NCBI GenBank assembly: GCA_963663765.2
Contig: CAXXUA010000003.1
Location: 558,081 to 622,080 of the forward strand
Length of the DNA stretch: 64,000 nucleotides
Direction: 5' to 3'
Source of the DNA: Candidatus Poribacteria bacterium
GTDB taxonomy: Bacteria > Poribacteria > WGA-4E > WGA-3G
The position numbers were made by a program, and so were the translations under genes. Positions 23,621 through 36,674 of the stretch are shown here, in pieces (positions within the stretch are counted from its first letter, which is position 1; each line of letters starts with the position of its first letter). The notes beneath the pieces are model-generated. The model did not search any database. It was not told the DNA's origin and worked only from the letters and a program-made list of their open reading frames with translations.

Positions 23621-24420
23621 TTACATACGCTTAATTTTACCCCAAGTAGTTGTAAGTTTTTCTAAAGGAGTAACCGACGTAACGTTTACCCTCAACATTT
23701 CAATCTCTCTTTCACTTAAACTTCTATTATACAAACGAAATTCATCAACTAATCCCAACCAAGAACCATTTGTATCTTTAGCACCTTTACCGACTATGAG
23801 TTTTACAACATCAGACACTTCGCCTTCAGTCGCATCACTATTATGCGTAGGGTGTCATCAAATATACCATTGATATACATAGACAGTTTTTGACCGCTTT
23901 TCCAAGAATATGCGATGTGCTGCCATTCCGTTGTTTGCGCATCTCTTTTACTTTCATAGGTTTGCGTGCCGCCCGTTGTTGTCAAGGACGCTTTGATAAA
24001 GTTTACACCACCCTTAACATCCCAACTTGATTTGTCATAACGAAGACCGAAAATCCTGTCTTGACCGTCCGGTTCAATACCCATGACGAACCCTCTGTCA
24101 TGATTGATTTCACTTGCTTTCACCCAAACAGAAACAGTGAAAGCAGTAAGACCATTGATATAGTCCGAACCGTTTTCATTTTCAACACAGCTATCATTAC
24201 CATTAAAATTAAGAGTGCCTCCATGCCTGCCTTCCGTAGTGAGCCATTCAGCACCGCCTATCAGTTCAGCATTGTTGTGGTTTCCACTATTATCAGACAC
24301 ATCGTTACCTTTCCCTTCGTCAAACGGATAGTGAACGATTAAACCATCCTGTAGGTCTGCTGCCACAACAGAGCAGAGCAGAGACATAATAATCACCAAA
24401 AACACTAATTGCTTTAACAT
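23621..24420 (-). pseudogene. Secreted LamG-like (concanavalin fold) protein, frameshifted near 23852
   Basis: Paralog of intact 39349-40146; one base missing in the DDNxTHN segment; tail KLTTTWGKIK. Confidence 0.8.
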
Positions 24421-24611
24421 AAGTTAACTCTTTTTTTAGAATCGAGAGGTACAACTTGCCCTCTCGCGTTAGTTGTAGTGGAATGTCCATTCGGACATTG
24501 TAGGTAGAGTAGAACGTTCGAAACCTGATACGCATTTACTTATCATCAGTAAAGTCAGGTTTCGTGCCCCTACCCTACAGTATAGGAATAGACAGACCAG
24601 TAGGTTACTTC

Positions 24612-26741
24612 TTACTTCAAAATCAACATCTTACGCGTAGCAGAAAACTGTCCTGCTGATAATGTATAGAAATACACGCCGCTTGCGACGTGTTCTCCTT
24701 GTGCATTTTTGCCATCCCAATGGGCAGCGTGGTTCCGATAATGATATGTGCCGATGGGTTGGTGTCCTAAGTCTAATGTGCGTATCAACTTACCATCTGT
24801 TGTATATATGGAAATACTAACATCAGCGGGGGTTGCTAACTGATAAGGTATCCACGTCTCTGGGTTGAATGGGTTAGGGTAGTTCGGCAACAAAGCAGTC
24901 TCTTTCGGTGTAAGCGAGGCGAGTAGTTGTTCCAATACCAATATACCACGTTGGAAATCGAGATCAGTTAGGTTGAGTTGCCGTGCTTCGTTTAGCCATG
25001 CTTCTACATCTGCTCTTGTAAGACCGATCTCCGAATTGCGACTCCACGCAAGAGGTGCGGCCGCAGTATTCCCAAACGCTGCTGCTACCAATGTCAAGTC
25101 AACGATATTGACAACGCCATCCCCATTTACATCTGCAGCATTGGTGCCTGTTGCACCAAAGTTAGTTGCGACGAGTGTGAGATCAACGATATTCACTACA
25201 CCATCCTCATTCACATCTTCAGACAGAAATATAGGTTCGGTAATTTCTGCGTTCTCTGTTTGTGGATTTGTGGTTTCTCCAGAACTATCAGTCAATATCA
25301 CATCAGAAAGCATCACGGTAGAGGCTTTAACCGAGACGACCTCAAATGTGATGGTGGCAAGTGTGCCATCTCCCATCGTTTCCCCAGCAAGTGATGTTGC
25401 TGCCAGTTGGACAGAGTTGCCTTCAACTTGTGGTGGAATAAAGAATGCACCTGAAGGTAGATAAGAACCATTGTCGCTTTGCACATAACTGAGGGTAGTG
25501 GTGTCAAACTGCACTGTGGCTTGGTAGCCCGCGACGTTTTGACCTTCTGCTATATTGAGTGAGAAAGTGAGTTGTTCACCGACATCCGGAGACACAACAC
25601 TCTCTGGTGAAAGACTCACAACGGTGGGTGATGTTGGCGTCGGGATGAGATCCCACAGCAGCACGGTGTCATCAGAACTCCCACTTGCGAATGTGGTGCC
25701 ATCAGGACTAAAAGATACGCTACTGACCGAATCCGTATGCCCCGATATTGTTCGTATGTGTGTGCCTGTGTCTGCCTCCCACAAACGGATGGTACCGTCC
25801 GAACTCCCACTTGCGATTGTGCTCCCATCAGTACTAAAAAATACGCTAAAGACATAAGACGTATGCCCTGTGAGTGTTCGTATGTGTGTGCCGGTGTCTG
25901 CTTCCCACATACGGATGGTTCTGTCCGCACTCCCACTTACGAGTGTGGTGCCATCAGGACTAAAAGATACGCTATAGACCCAACCCGTATGCCCTGTGAG
26001 TGTTCGTATGTGTGTGCCTGTGTCTGCCTCCCACATACGGATCGTTCTGTCCGAACTCCCACTGGCGATAGTGGTGCCATCAGGACTAAAAGATACGCTA
26101 AAGACATCCCACGTATGCCCTGATAGTGTTCGTATGTGTGTGCCTGTGTCTGCATCCCACAAACGGATGGTTCTGTCCGAACTCCCACTGGCGATAGTGG
26201 TGCCATCAGGACTAAAAGATACGCTTCTGACATCATCCGTATGCCCTGAGAGTGTTCGTATGTGTGTGTCGGTGTCTGCATCCCACAAACGGATCGTGCT
26301 GTCAAAACTCCCACTTGCGATAGTGCTCCCATCAGGACTAAAAGATACGCTATAGACCCAACCCGTATGTCCTGATAGTGTTCGTATGTGTGTGCCGGTG
26401 TCTGCATCCCACAAACGGATCGTGCTGTCAAAACTCCCACTTGCGATAGTGCTCCCATCAGGACTAAAAGATACGCTAAAGACATCATCCGTATGCCCTG
26501 AGAGGAGGTCAAGTTCTTCACCTGTCTGTGCGTCGTATATCCAAACACCTATGCTGCTTGCCACTGCCAACTTGCTGCCATCGGGAGAATAGGCAACATT
26601 CCCAGTAATCTCTCCTTTCCCGAGACGTGCTTTTGCACCTTCGGGTAGATGCCATTGCGATGAGTCTTGGGCGCGGGTGTTGGTGGTAAAGATTAGTGTT
26701 ATGAATAGTGTTATCAAGATTGAATACAATATGTTTTTCAT
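24612..26741 (-). CDS. Secreted WD40 + cohesin-like + dockerin-like protein with FlgD/T9SS-like tail
   Basis: MKNILYS signal peptide with RBS; 126-bp WD40 repeats; NVAGYQATVQFD; DVNEDGVVNIVDL x2; RKMLILK. Confidence 0.9.
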   Translation of the reverse strand: MKNILYSILITLFITLIFTTNTRAQDSSQWHLPEGAKARLGKGEITGNVAYSPDGSKLAVASSIGVWIYDAQTGEELDLLSGHTDDVFSVSFSPDGSTIASGSFDSTIRLWDADTGTHIRTLSGHTGWVYSVSFSPDGSTIASGSFDSTIRLWDADTDTHIRTLSGHTDDVRSVSFSPDGTTIASGSSDRTIRLWDADTGTHIRTLSGHTWDVFSVSFSPDGTTIASGSSDRTIRMWEADTGTHIRTLTGHTGWVYSVSFSPDGTTLVSGSADRTIRMWEADTGTHIRTLTGHTSYVFSVFFSTDGSTIASGSSDGTIRLWEADTGTHIRTISGHTDSVSSVSFSPDGTTFASGSSDDTVLLWDLIPTPTSPTVVSLSPESVVSPDVGEQLTFSLNIAEGQNVAGYQATVQFDTTTLSYVQSDNGSYLPSGAFFIPPQVEGNSVQLAATSLAGETMGDGTLATITFEVVSVKASTVMLSDVILTDSSGETTNPQTENAEITEPIFLSEDVNEDGVVNIVDLTLVATNFGATGTNAADVNGDGVVNIVDLTLVAAAFGNTAAAPLAWSRNSEIGLTRADVEAWLNEARQLNLTDLDFQRGILVLEQLLASLTPKETALLPNYPNPFNPETWIPYQLATPADVSISIYTTDGKLIRTLDLGHQPIGTYHYRNHAAHWDGKNAQGEHVASGVYFYTLSAGQFSATRKMLILK

Positions 26742-26764
26742 TATTATTTTCCTTATGTTGACTG

Positions 26765-26900
26765 CTATTTCCGTATTAACATTTTGCGCGTAGTTGAGAC
26801 CTTGCCAGCGGTGAATGTATAGAAATACACGCCGCTTGCGACAGGTTCTCCTTGTCCGTTTTTGCCATCCCAATCGGCAGCACGGCTACGCTGATGATAC
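26765..26900 (-). pseudogene. Orphan secretion-tail stub
   Basis: Encodes ...WDGKNGQGEPVASGVYFYTFTAGKVSTTRKMLIRK* with no upstream gene body. Confidence 0.75.
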
Positions 26901-26934
26901 ATCTCTATTAGTACTGTTAGGAAACCGCACCTAT

Positions 26935-27240
26935 AGTTACTGAGTATGAGTTCTTTTTTTCATAATCAAGAGACATTTTTGTTTTCAACTGTCCCGTTGC
27001 GGTATCAATGGCAAATGATGATGCATCCGTTCTGCGAACACAGGTGCTACATTTTTGGCAAGTATATAACCGAAATGGTTGGATGGTAATGCTGTCATCA
27101 AACCATTCAATCGGAGAATATACGCCACATATTACCGCAACGATTGCATCAGAACTTCCGAAGTGCGCTCACTGACTGATGCGACATCTGCATAACTGGT
27201 AACAAGCACGCCAAACATTACTAAAATTCATAAATGATGT
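26935..27240 (-). pseudogene. Telescoped relic of an LRR-cadherin gene
   Basis: Short collinear fragments matching SERTSEV, LPSNHFGYILAK, NVAPVF and TDASSFAIDTATGQLKTK..LDYE. Confidence 0.7.
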
Positions 27241-28459
27241 ATTCTATTGAGATAGTGAGTATTCAAGAAATACTCACTATGTTTTGATAATGTCAAATAT
27301 AATGACTTGTGCTAGTTATCTGATAGTTTTGTTGGTTTTCACAAGTGTCTATATTCTGTATGAGCGATTTCCGAATCGCGATTTTTTATTATCGGGAATT
27401 GGAGTTCACTCCTACATTTTAGACTGACATCCGCCTGAAATTAAAGGAATTTAAACATAAATGTGACGGATATGTGAAATATAGACATACTAAATGTTAA
27501 CTAGCACAAGTCGTTATTTTAAAATCACCATTTTACGCAGGAAAGACACACTGTCTGCCTGCAGTTGATAAACATAGATACCGTTTGCCACTCGTTCACC
27601 GAACTCGTTCCTACCATTCCAATACACCGCACGACTCCGACTCTTATAGAACCCTATTTGTTGATGCCCGAGACCTAATTTACGCACAACATTTCCGCCT
27701 ATATCATAGATAGTGACACTCACATCACTCGGCTTTGCCAACTGATACGGTATCCACGTCTCCGGATTGAACGGGTTGGGATAGTTGGGTAGTAATCCTG
27801 TTACTGTTGGCACATTTGGAATACTATTGGGAGCACCACCTATTGCAGGAATGACTTCCAAAGGAAGATTGCTGGATTTGACGGGTCTATAGCCAAAATG
27901 GAAATGAGAGTCTGGCCTCGGCAACGTTCCAATATTTACGGTGACAGCCTCGGTCGTTCCAGTAGTGCGGACCACTGTCAGAGTATCGTCGCTTTCCACT
28001 TTACCTTTGCCGACAGTGATAGTGGTAGCCTCTCCACTGATACTACCATTGGTCACACTGAACGGTAATACAATTTTATAGGTTGCACCTGTGTTGACTG
28101 TTGCTTTGAACTGTCCTTCCGCGATCTTTTTGAGTGACACAACGATTGTCAAAGGGTTCTGTGAATTGGAAGAAAGGTTAAGCAGGTTTAAGGAGGACAA
28201 GCCCTCAAATACACCCGCAGGAAGACTCGACAACGAGTTGCCTGCAAGATTAAGTGTTCTCAAGGAGGACAAGTCCTCAAATACACCCGTAGGAAGACTC
28301 GACAACGAATTGGCCACAAGTCTGAGTGTAGTCAAGGAGGACAAATTCTCAAATACATTTTCTGGAAGACTCGAAATAGAATTAAATCTTAGGTCTAATT
28401 CTCTCAAAGAAGCCAACCCACTAAAATCTCCGTTTTGCAATGATCCAATTGATTTACTA

Positions 28460-29708
28460 GTAGATAGTCCATTCTAATTGTTCGGGTATAGATGTTTTAA
28501 TCGTACGCGTGCATCGTCCGTTGTAAATTGCCAGTTTACCTGCTTTTGCTCTGCATTTCGCCGTTTTTGCCAGGCTTGTGTCTCTCTATGGAGTGTCTCT
28601 ATATCTGGGATACGCCGACACAAACATTGACGCGTAAGGACACTCAGTTCTATTTCCGCTATATTCAACCAACTTCCATGTACTGGCGTATGCACGATTT
28701 CTAAACGCTTACGCAACCTATTTGCTTCCTCATCTCCAAACACTTTATTGAGCGTCGAAAGTTTGTGTATATTCAGGTTGTCACAAACTAAAATCACACT
28801 TTTTGCTGATGAGTAGTCCTGATCCAATAGTATTTTTACTTCTTCTGCCCAATCCTCTGCCTTTCTGCGCGTCCGAACAGACACACGCCTCCATCCCGAT
28901 AATGCTTCTGTGAATAGGAAGATATTTGCCGTGCCTTTGCGTTTATACTCATTATCTACACGCTTGACTTGCCCCGGTTTCACAGGATGCGGATCCCGAA
29001 CATCATCCCTAAGCGTGACAGATTGTTCGTCCATGTTCACAACAGGTATTTCTGTATCTAAAGGTTTCTGGTAAAGATCAAGCACTTCTTCCATCGACTT
29101 TACAAACTCAGCATCTTTTTCAGGGGGAATCACCCACTGTTGCTGAAGGTGCGGCTTCAAAGCGTTTTTTTTAGTGTCTGTCTTACCGTTTCTGGAGAAA
29201 TGCTTTCCACGATTTCAAGTCTTACCAATTCTGACGCAAGTAGGCGTAAAGTCCATTTAGCAGCACCTTCGGGAGGTTCGCTACAACTCAGTGCTATCAA
29301 GCGTGCTTCAGCTTCACCATCAAGTTTACGAGGTGTGGGAGGATGCTCTCGCTTAGCACGAAATAAGACACGAGAAAAACCACCTACAGCAAAACGCTTA
29401 CGCACTTTCGCGACTGTCCTATCAGTGCACTCATACGCTTCAGCTATTTTCCCATCAGTCCAACCGGGACCATTGACATCTGATTTCAGCAAAATATGAG
29501 CATTCCTTATCTTATACGCCTCTTTTTTACCTGTGTTTATACAATCTAACAACTCCTGCCGCTCCGAATCAGTGAGTTTTACAACATATTTCTTAGTCAA
29601 GGTTGTGTTCCTCCTTAAGTTTTGCTATACTATAAGAGAAAAACTCTTGTTTGTCAAGATACTAAGAAACAAAAAAATAAATACAAACTTTTAGTATGGA
29701 CTATCTAC
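28460..29708 (-). mobile_element. IS630-family insertion sequence, apparently intact
   Basis: TIRs gtagatagtccattcta / tagtatggactatctac; TA duplication in a CTAG target; HTH ORF plus DDE ORF. Confidence 0.92.
28474..29600 (-). CDS. IS630 transposase in two ORFs (29157-29600 HTH, 28474-29160 DDE) joined by a probable -1 frameshift
   Basis: VVNMDE, VCDNLNIH, HGSWLNIAEIELS; slippery A8 run at 29165-29172. Confidence 0.9.
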
Positions 29709-32700
29709 TAGATAGATCTAGTGATCTGATTGATGTAAGGTGTTCTGTTGTCACATCGTCAGGTGAGTCCACACCATTTATAGCGGCAACGATAGCATTA
29801 CGCACTTGCCATGTGCGGTCACTGACCGGAGTAACAGTGGTTTCGGTCACATCAGTGACACTGATAGTGACCGTGATTTCATCTTCACCTCCATTCCCGT
29901 CGGACACGGTCACATCTACCGTATAGGATGTCTTGGTTTCATAATCAAGTGCTACATTCGTCTGTAGCTGCCCGCTTGTGCTAACAATACTAAACGAGGA
30001 CATATCTGTTCCACCAAGAGTATACGTCAATGAATCATCGTCCGCATCCGTTGCACCCACAGCACTGCCAATGTCTTCTCCTGCCTCAGTATTCTCAGCA
30101 ACATCACGGGTTGTGCTATCACCATCAGCGAACACAGGTGCACGGTTCTCGTCTACATCCGTGATATTGATAGTAACCGTGATTTCATCTTCACCTCCAT
30201 TCCCGTCGGACACGGTCACATCTACCTTATAGGATGTCTTGGTTTCATAATCAAGTGCTACATTCGTCTGTAGCTGCCCGCTTGTGCTAACAATACTAAA
30301 CGAGGACACATCTGTGCCACCAAGAGTATACGTCAATGAATCATCGTCCGCATCCGTTGCACCCACAGCACTGCCAATGTCTTCTCCTGCCTCAGTATTC
30401 TCAGCAACATCACGGGTTGTGCTATCACCATCAGCGAACACAGGTGCACGGTTCTCGTCTACATCCGTGATATTGATAGTAACCGTGATTTCATCTTCAC
30501 CTCCATTCCCGTCGGACACGGTCACATCTACCTTATAGGATGTCTTGGTTTCATAATCAAGTGCTACATTCGTCTGTAGCTGCCCGCTTGTGCTAACAAT
30601 ACTAAATGAGGACACATCTGTGCCACCAAGAGTATACGTCAATGAATCATCGTCCGCATCCGTTGCACCCACAGCACTGCCAATGTCTTCTCCTACCTCA
30701 GTATTTTCAGCTACAGACCGCGTTGTGCTACTTCCATCCGTGAATACGGGTGCGCGGTTCTCGTCTACATCTGTCACATTGATAGTAACCTTGATTTCAT
30801 CTTCACCACCATTCCCATCAGAGACAGTGATTGTCACGGTGTAAGATGTCTTGGATTCATAATCAAGTGCAGCACTTGTTCGTAGCTGCCCATTCGTACT
30901 ATTGATGGTAAACGATGATGCATTCGTACCACCAAGTGTGTAGGTAAGGTCATCGTTGTCGGCATCGGTTGCCCCAACGGCACTACCGATGTTCACACCC
31001 GAACCCGTGTTCTCAGCAATAGACCGGGTTGTGCTATCCCCATCCGTGAAAACTGGCGCGCGATTCTCGTCTACATCTGTCACGTTGATAGTAACCATGA
31101 TGTCATCTTCACCACCATTCCCATCAGAGACGGTGATTGTTACGGTGTAAGATGTCTTGGATTCATAATCAAGTGCAGCACTTGTCCGCAATTGCCCTTT
31201 TGTGCTGTTAATACTAAACAATGATGCATTCGTACCACCAAGTGTATAGGTAAGCTCATCGTTGTCGGCATCGGTTGCCCCAACGGCACTACCGATGTTC
31301 ACACCGGAGCCAGTATTCTCCGCAACAGACCGGGTTGTGCTATCCCCATCCGTGAAAACTGGCGCGCGGTTCTCGTCTACATCACTCACATTGATGGTAA
31401 TGTCAATCGTATCCGTGAGTGTGCTGTCAGAGACCGTGATTGTGACCGAGTAAGATGTCTTGGATTCATAATCAAGTGCAGCACTTGTCCGCAATTGCCC
31501 TTTTGTGCTGTTAATGCTAAACGATGACGCATCTGTCCCACCGAGTGAATATGTCAAGGTATCGCCATCGTCCGGATCAGTTGCTGATAACGCTCCACCG
31601 ATATTCACACCTGCTGGCGTATTCTCTGCGATTGACAGAGTCGTTTTGGCATCAGCTGCTATGACAGGTGCCTCATTCACATCTGTGACGTTAATCGTGA
31701 CCGTGATACTATCTGTTTCGCTTCCATCCGAAACAGTGACAGTGACATTATAAGAGGTTTTAGCCTCATGATTAAGCGCAGCACTTGTTTTCAACTGCCC
31801 GTTTGTGCTGTCAATCGCAAACGATGCCGCATCCGTCCCACTCAACAGATACACAAGTGTGTTTTTGTCGGCATCTGTGGCAGCGATAGGCGTACCGATG
31901 TTGGAAACTGTTGCCGTGTTCTCTGGAACAGACCTTGTCGTGCTAGTGCCATCGGTAAACACAGGTGGATTGTTAGAAGGTGTTTCGTCAAGGTTCGTAA
32001 CGTTGATTGTGACCGTGATTGTATCTGTGAGAGTTCCATCGGAGACGGAGATTGTCACCGAATAGGTTGTCTTTTTTTCATAATCAAGTGTTATCTTCGT
32101 TTTCACTTGTCCCGAATTGTTATCAATACTGAATGACGCTGCATCGGTACCACCGAGTGTATAAGTGAGGGAGTTACTCTCTGGGTCGGTTGCAGATACA
32201 GCACTGCCGATGTTTACGTCTGCGGCTACATTCTCAGCAATCACACGCGTCGTGCTGTCACCATCTGTAAACATAGGTGCTTCATTGACATCTGTAACAT
32301 TGATCGTAACACTGATGCTGTCAGTACCACCGTTACCATCAGAGACGTTGACGGTTACCGAATACGAAGATTTGCTCTCATAATTCAATGCTGCACTGTT
32401 ACTCACTTGTCCTGAACTCGTATCAATGCTAAACGAGTCTGCATCCGTGTCACTAAGACTGTAGGTCAGCGCATCGTTATCCGCATCGGTGGCAGAAACA
32501 GCATCACCGATGTCAACACCGGAACCGGTGTTCTCCGCAACTGAGCGGGTGGTGCTTTCACCATCGGTGAACTCAGGCGCGTTGTTCGTGGGACTTTCAT
32601 CTACATCTGTGACGTTAATCGTCACGTTAATTGTGTCTGTCAGACTGCCATCAGAAACATTAATTGAAACTGAATACGATGACTTCGTTTCATAGTCAAA

Positions 32701-35700
32701 GGACGCATCGGTTCGCAGCTGCCCACTTGTGCTATCAATGCTGAATGAGGACGCATCCGTACCACCAAGGCTGTAGGTCAGCACATCGTTATCCGCATCG
32801 GTCGCAGAAACGGATGAACCGATGTCTAAACCGGAACCAGTATTTTCCGCAACTGAGCGGGTGGTGCTTTCGCCATCGGTGAACTCAGGTGCGCTGTTTG
32901 CGGGCGTTTCGTCTATATCCGTAACATTAATCGTGACGCTAATCGTATCGCTACCTTCGTTGCCATCAGACACAGTGATTGTCACAGAGTAAGATGACTT
33001 CGTTTCGTAGTCTAACACTGCACTTGTTCGCAGTTGTCCAGTTGTGCTGTCAATGCTGAACGAGGACGCATCTGTGCCACCAAGACTGTAGGTCAGCGCA
33101 TCGTTATCTGCATCGGTCGCAGAAACAGCATTACCGATGTCTATACCGGAACCGGTGTTCTCCGCAACTGAGCGGATGGTGCTTTCACCATCAGTGAACT
33201 CTGGCGCGTTGTTCGTGGGACTTTCATCTACATCTGTGACGTTAATCGTCACGTTAATTGTGTCTGTCAGACTGCCATCAGAAACATTTATTGTAACTGA
33301 ATACGATGTCTTTGTTTCATAGTCAAGGGACGCATCGGTTCGCAGTTGTCCAGTTGTGTTGTCAATGCTAAACGAGTCTGCATCCGTTCCACTAAGACTG
33401 TAGGTCAGCGCATCGTTATCCGCATCGGTCGCAGACACCGCAGAACCGATGTCTATACCGGAACCGGTGTTCTCCGCAACTGAGCGGGTGGTGCTTTCAG
33501 CATCGGTGAACACTGGCGCGTTGTTCGTTGGACTTTCATCTACATCTGTGACGTTAATCGTCGCGTTAATTGTGTCTGTCAGACTGCCATCAGAAACATT
33601 TATTGTAACTGAATACGATGACTTCGTTTCATAGTCAAGGGACGCTTTTGTTTTCAACTGTCCGGTAGCACTATCAATGTCAAATGATGCTGCATCTGTC
33701 CCACCCAGTGAATAAGTCAATGTATCGTTATTGTTAACATCCGTTGCAGCAACCGGTTCACCAATATTTTCATCTGCAGCCGTATTCTCTGTGATAGCAC
33801 GCATAGTAGAAGCACCTTCTGTGAAGATAGGTGCTACATTTATTCTTTTGAATATTTCCAGAGGTAACCCATCAGGTTTCACAAGCTCGTAGCCACTATG
33901 TGTTGTGGGTAAACTCGGCATCGTTTTAATATCTACTGTGACCGGCTCCGTCGTATTGGCAGTGCGAGACACGGTGAGAGAGTTACTCGCCGCACTGCCT
34001 TTTGGGATCATGATGTTGTCTACACTAAGACTCCCATTTGCTACAGAGACTTGTAGATTCATATCAAACGGTGCACCTGTTGGCACAACGGTTCTAATCT
34101 GGTTCTCACCGACTTTCTGTAGCAATACAGTAAGCGGTAATGGTGAAACCGAATTCCCACTCAAGTTCAGATGATTCAATGATGTCAATCCAATAAAAAT
34201 ACCATTGGGTAGGTTTGTGAGTTGATTATTACTGAGATTAAGCGTTGTGAGTGAGAAAAGACCAGAGAAATCGCCTGCATCCAATGATGTGATTAACTTG
34301 CTACTGAGATTGAGGGTTGTTGTTGTTGCAAGTTGGATTTCGCTTACATTACGGCAATCGGTTACTTCCGGCACTGCTTCGGTAATCGCTTCTGCCACTT
34401 GGAGCGTGCGGTTACAAACATCAGATTTGGCAAGTATATAACCGAAATGGTTGGATGGCAATACCGGTAACTCCCCGATGCTTGGCGTGCCTACATACGT
34501 AAAACTTTCACTTGTCACGCTGCCTTTTGGGATCGTGACCATCAGAGAATCGTTGATAGGCAAAACAATGTCAAACGGCGCACCAATGTGTATAAACGCT
34601 TGGAATTGATTGTCTGACACCTGTTGTAATGACACAAGGAGTGGCATCGGAGCAACGGTGTTGCCTCCTAATCGGAGCGTCGTCAGCGATATAAGACCTT
34701 TAAATAGACCATTTGGCAGACTTCTGAGCATATTCCCATACAGATTAAGACTCGTCAACCCACTCAAACCACCAAAATCGCCTGATTTCAGTTCGGTAAT
34801 CCCGTTAGAACGCAGATCCATACTGCTAATTGCTGCAAGATGCACATCTGTTACTGCTGTAGCATCCGTTATACCCGGTATTGCAGCCACAATCGCATCG
34901 CGCACTTGCGGTGTCCGCTCACTCACAGGAAGTGATGCAGAAACCAAATCTGTATCGTTGACATCAATGACGACGATAATTACGATGATACTGTCTGTGA
35001 GAGTGCCATCAGAAACGGTGATAGTAACTGTGTAAAAACGTTTGGTTTCATAGTCCAACGCTGCCTGTGTTTTCAACTGTCCCGTGCTGTTATCAATACT
35101 AAATGACGATGCGTCTATACCACTAAGCGTATACGATAATGTGTCATTATTTGCATCGGTTGCGCCGACAGCAACACCGATATTGACATTTGCGTTCGTA
35201 TTTTCTGCAACTGGACGGGCAGCGACTGACCCATCGGTGAACACGGGCGCGATCGCTTCCTGAACAATAGGAGGTTCTACTGGCTGCGTGACCATAGGCG
35301 GTTCTACTGGGTCAACAGGAGTTGTAATAGTTTCTTCACCGATAACTTCAATCGGCAGTGTATCGGATTTGGTAAGCGTATAGCCGTAATGGTTTTTAGG
35401 TAAACCTGGCAATGTGCCGATATTCGCAGTAACAGCAGCAGTAGTACCAGCAGTGCGGGTAAACGTCAATGTATCACTTTCTACACGACCTCTCGCAATT
35501 GTAATTGTCGTTGCACTGTCAGCGTTACTACCATTCACTACACCGATAGGTAAAACGATAGCAAACGGTGCACCTGTCGGTACAACTGCTTTCAACTGTC
35601 CATCACTCTCACTGCCACCGACCTTTTCTAGCGAAACACTAATCACCATCGGATCAACTGTGTTGCTTCCTAAACGGAGCGTTGTTAAAGCAGTCAATCC

Positions 35701-36123
35701 TTCAAAGATGCCATCGGGTAAACTGCTCAGTTCGTTGTTATACAGATTGAGATTAGTTAGTGCGGTTAACCCCGAAAAATCGCCTGACTTAAGTGCTATA
35801 ATACCTATGCCGCGTAGGTCGAGACTTGTAATCGCGGCAAGATGTGCTTCGGTAACATCACCTGCATTGTCCACACCGGGTACTGTCGTAATGATCTTAT
35901 CGCGCACTTCAGATGTACGTTCACTCACTGCGGTGGCATCCGCAAAACTCATAAAATTTGTTCCAATGATTGTCAAAATAACCAATAAAATATATATAAC
36001 CAGTTTGTTCTGAAAAGATAACGTGTTCACATAATCTCCTTTTTATAGTAATAGTTAGCGCATTTTACAGGTTTCTTGTTAGTTCGAAAGTTGGGTTTCG
36101 CTGTCAGTCTATCCAACTTACAT

Positions 36124-36674
36124 CTACATTTTCAAATCTGTCCAACGGGTGGTGAATTTACCGGAGGCGGATACAAGCCCTCTCAAACGAACAGTCGCCA
36201 ACTGTTTGCGTTCTCCAGCATGCGATACATCCTCTATCCGATAATAATAGACAATATTCGTTTTAGCAGTGGTATCTGTCCACGTATACGCATTGCGTTC
36301 ACCTGTGGTACCTGCACCTTTTTTCATTGTGGGTTTAACGACTTTGAACTCACCATCTTTTGTTTGACTACGATAGATGTAGAAGCCTGCATTGTCAACT
36401 TCTGATTCTGTCGTCCATTTAATGATAATGCCTGCATTAGTATGTTCTGCGCGGAAACTGGATAAGTTAACAGGCAAAGGTTCATCAAGTAAGAAGTAAC
36501 GAGCATCAAGCGATGGTGATGTTTGCGTAGGGTTGAGATCCCACAGCAGCACGGTGCCATCCCTACTCCCACTTGCAATTGTGTGTTCCCATCAGGAGTA
36601 AAAGATACGCTATAGACCAAACCCGTATGTCCTGAGAGTGTTCGTATGTGTCTGCCATCGGTTACATTCCACAT
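36124..36674 (-). pseudogene. Gene fragment: final WD40 repeat fused to an LPV...KFTTRW C-terminal domain
   Basis: No N-terminus; frameshifted WD40; LPVNLSSFRAEH domain near-identical to the C-terminus of 3501-5846. Confidence 0.75.

Larger units (their letters stand above)
27514..36030 (-). pseudogene. Giant LRR + cadherin protein with FlgD/T9SS-like tail, split by an IS630 insertion
   Basis: Removing the IS and one TA restores the frame ...SLDLSSKSIGSLQNGDFSG..., joining ORFs 29701-36030 and 27514-28440. Confidence 0.9.

Noticed and set aside
26742-26873. N-terminal extensions MGWQKRTRR... on WD40 ORFs (also 60506 and 63810)
   Set aside because: Off-frame readings of the upstream tail sequence; the RBS and signal peptide place the start at MKNILYS
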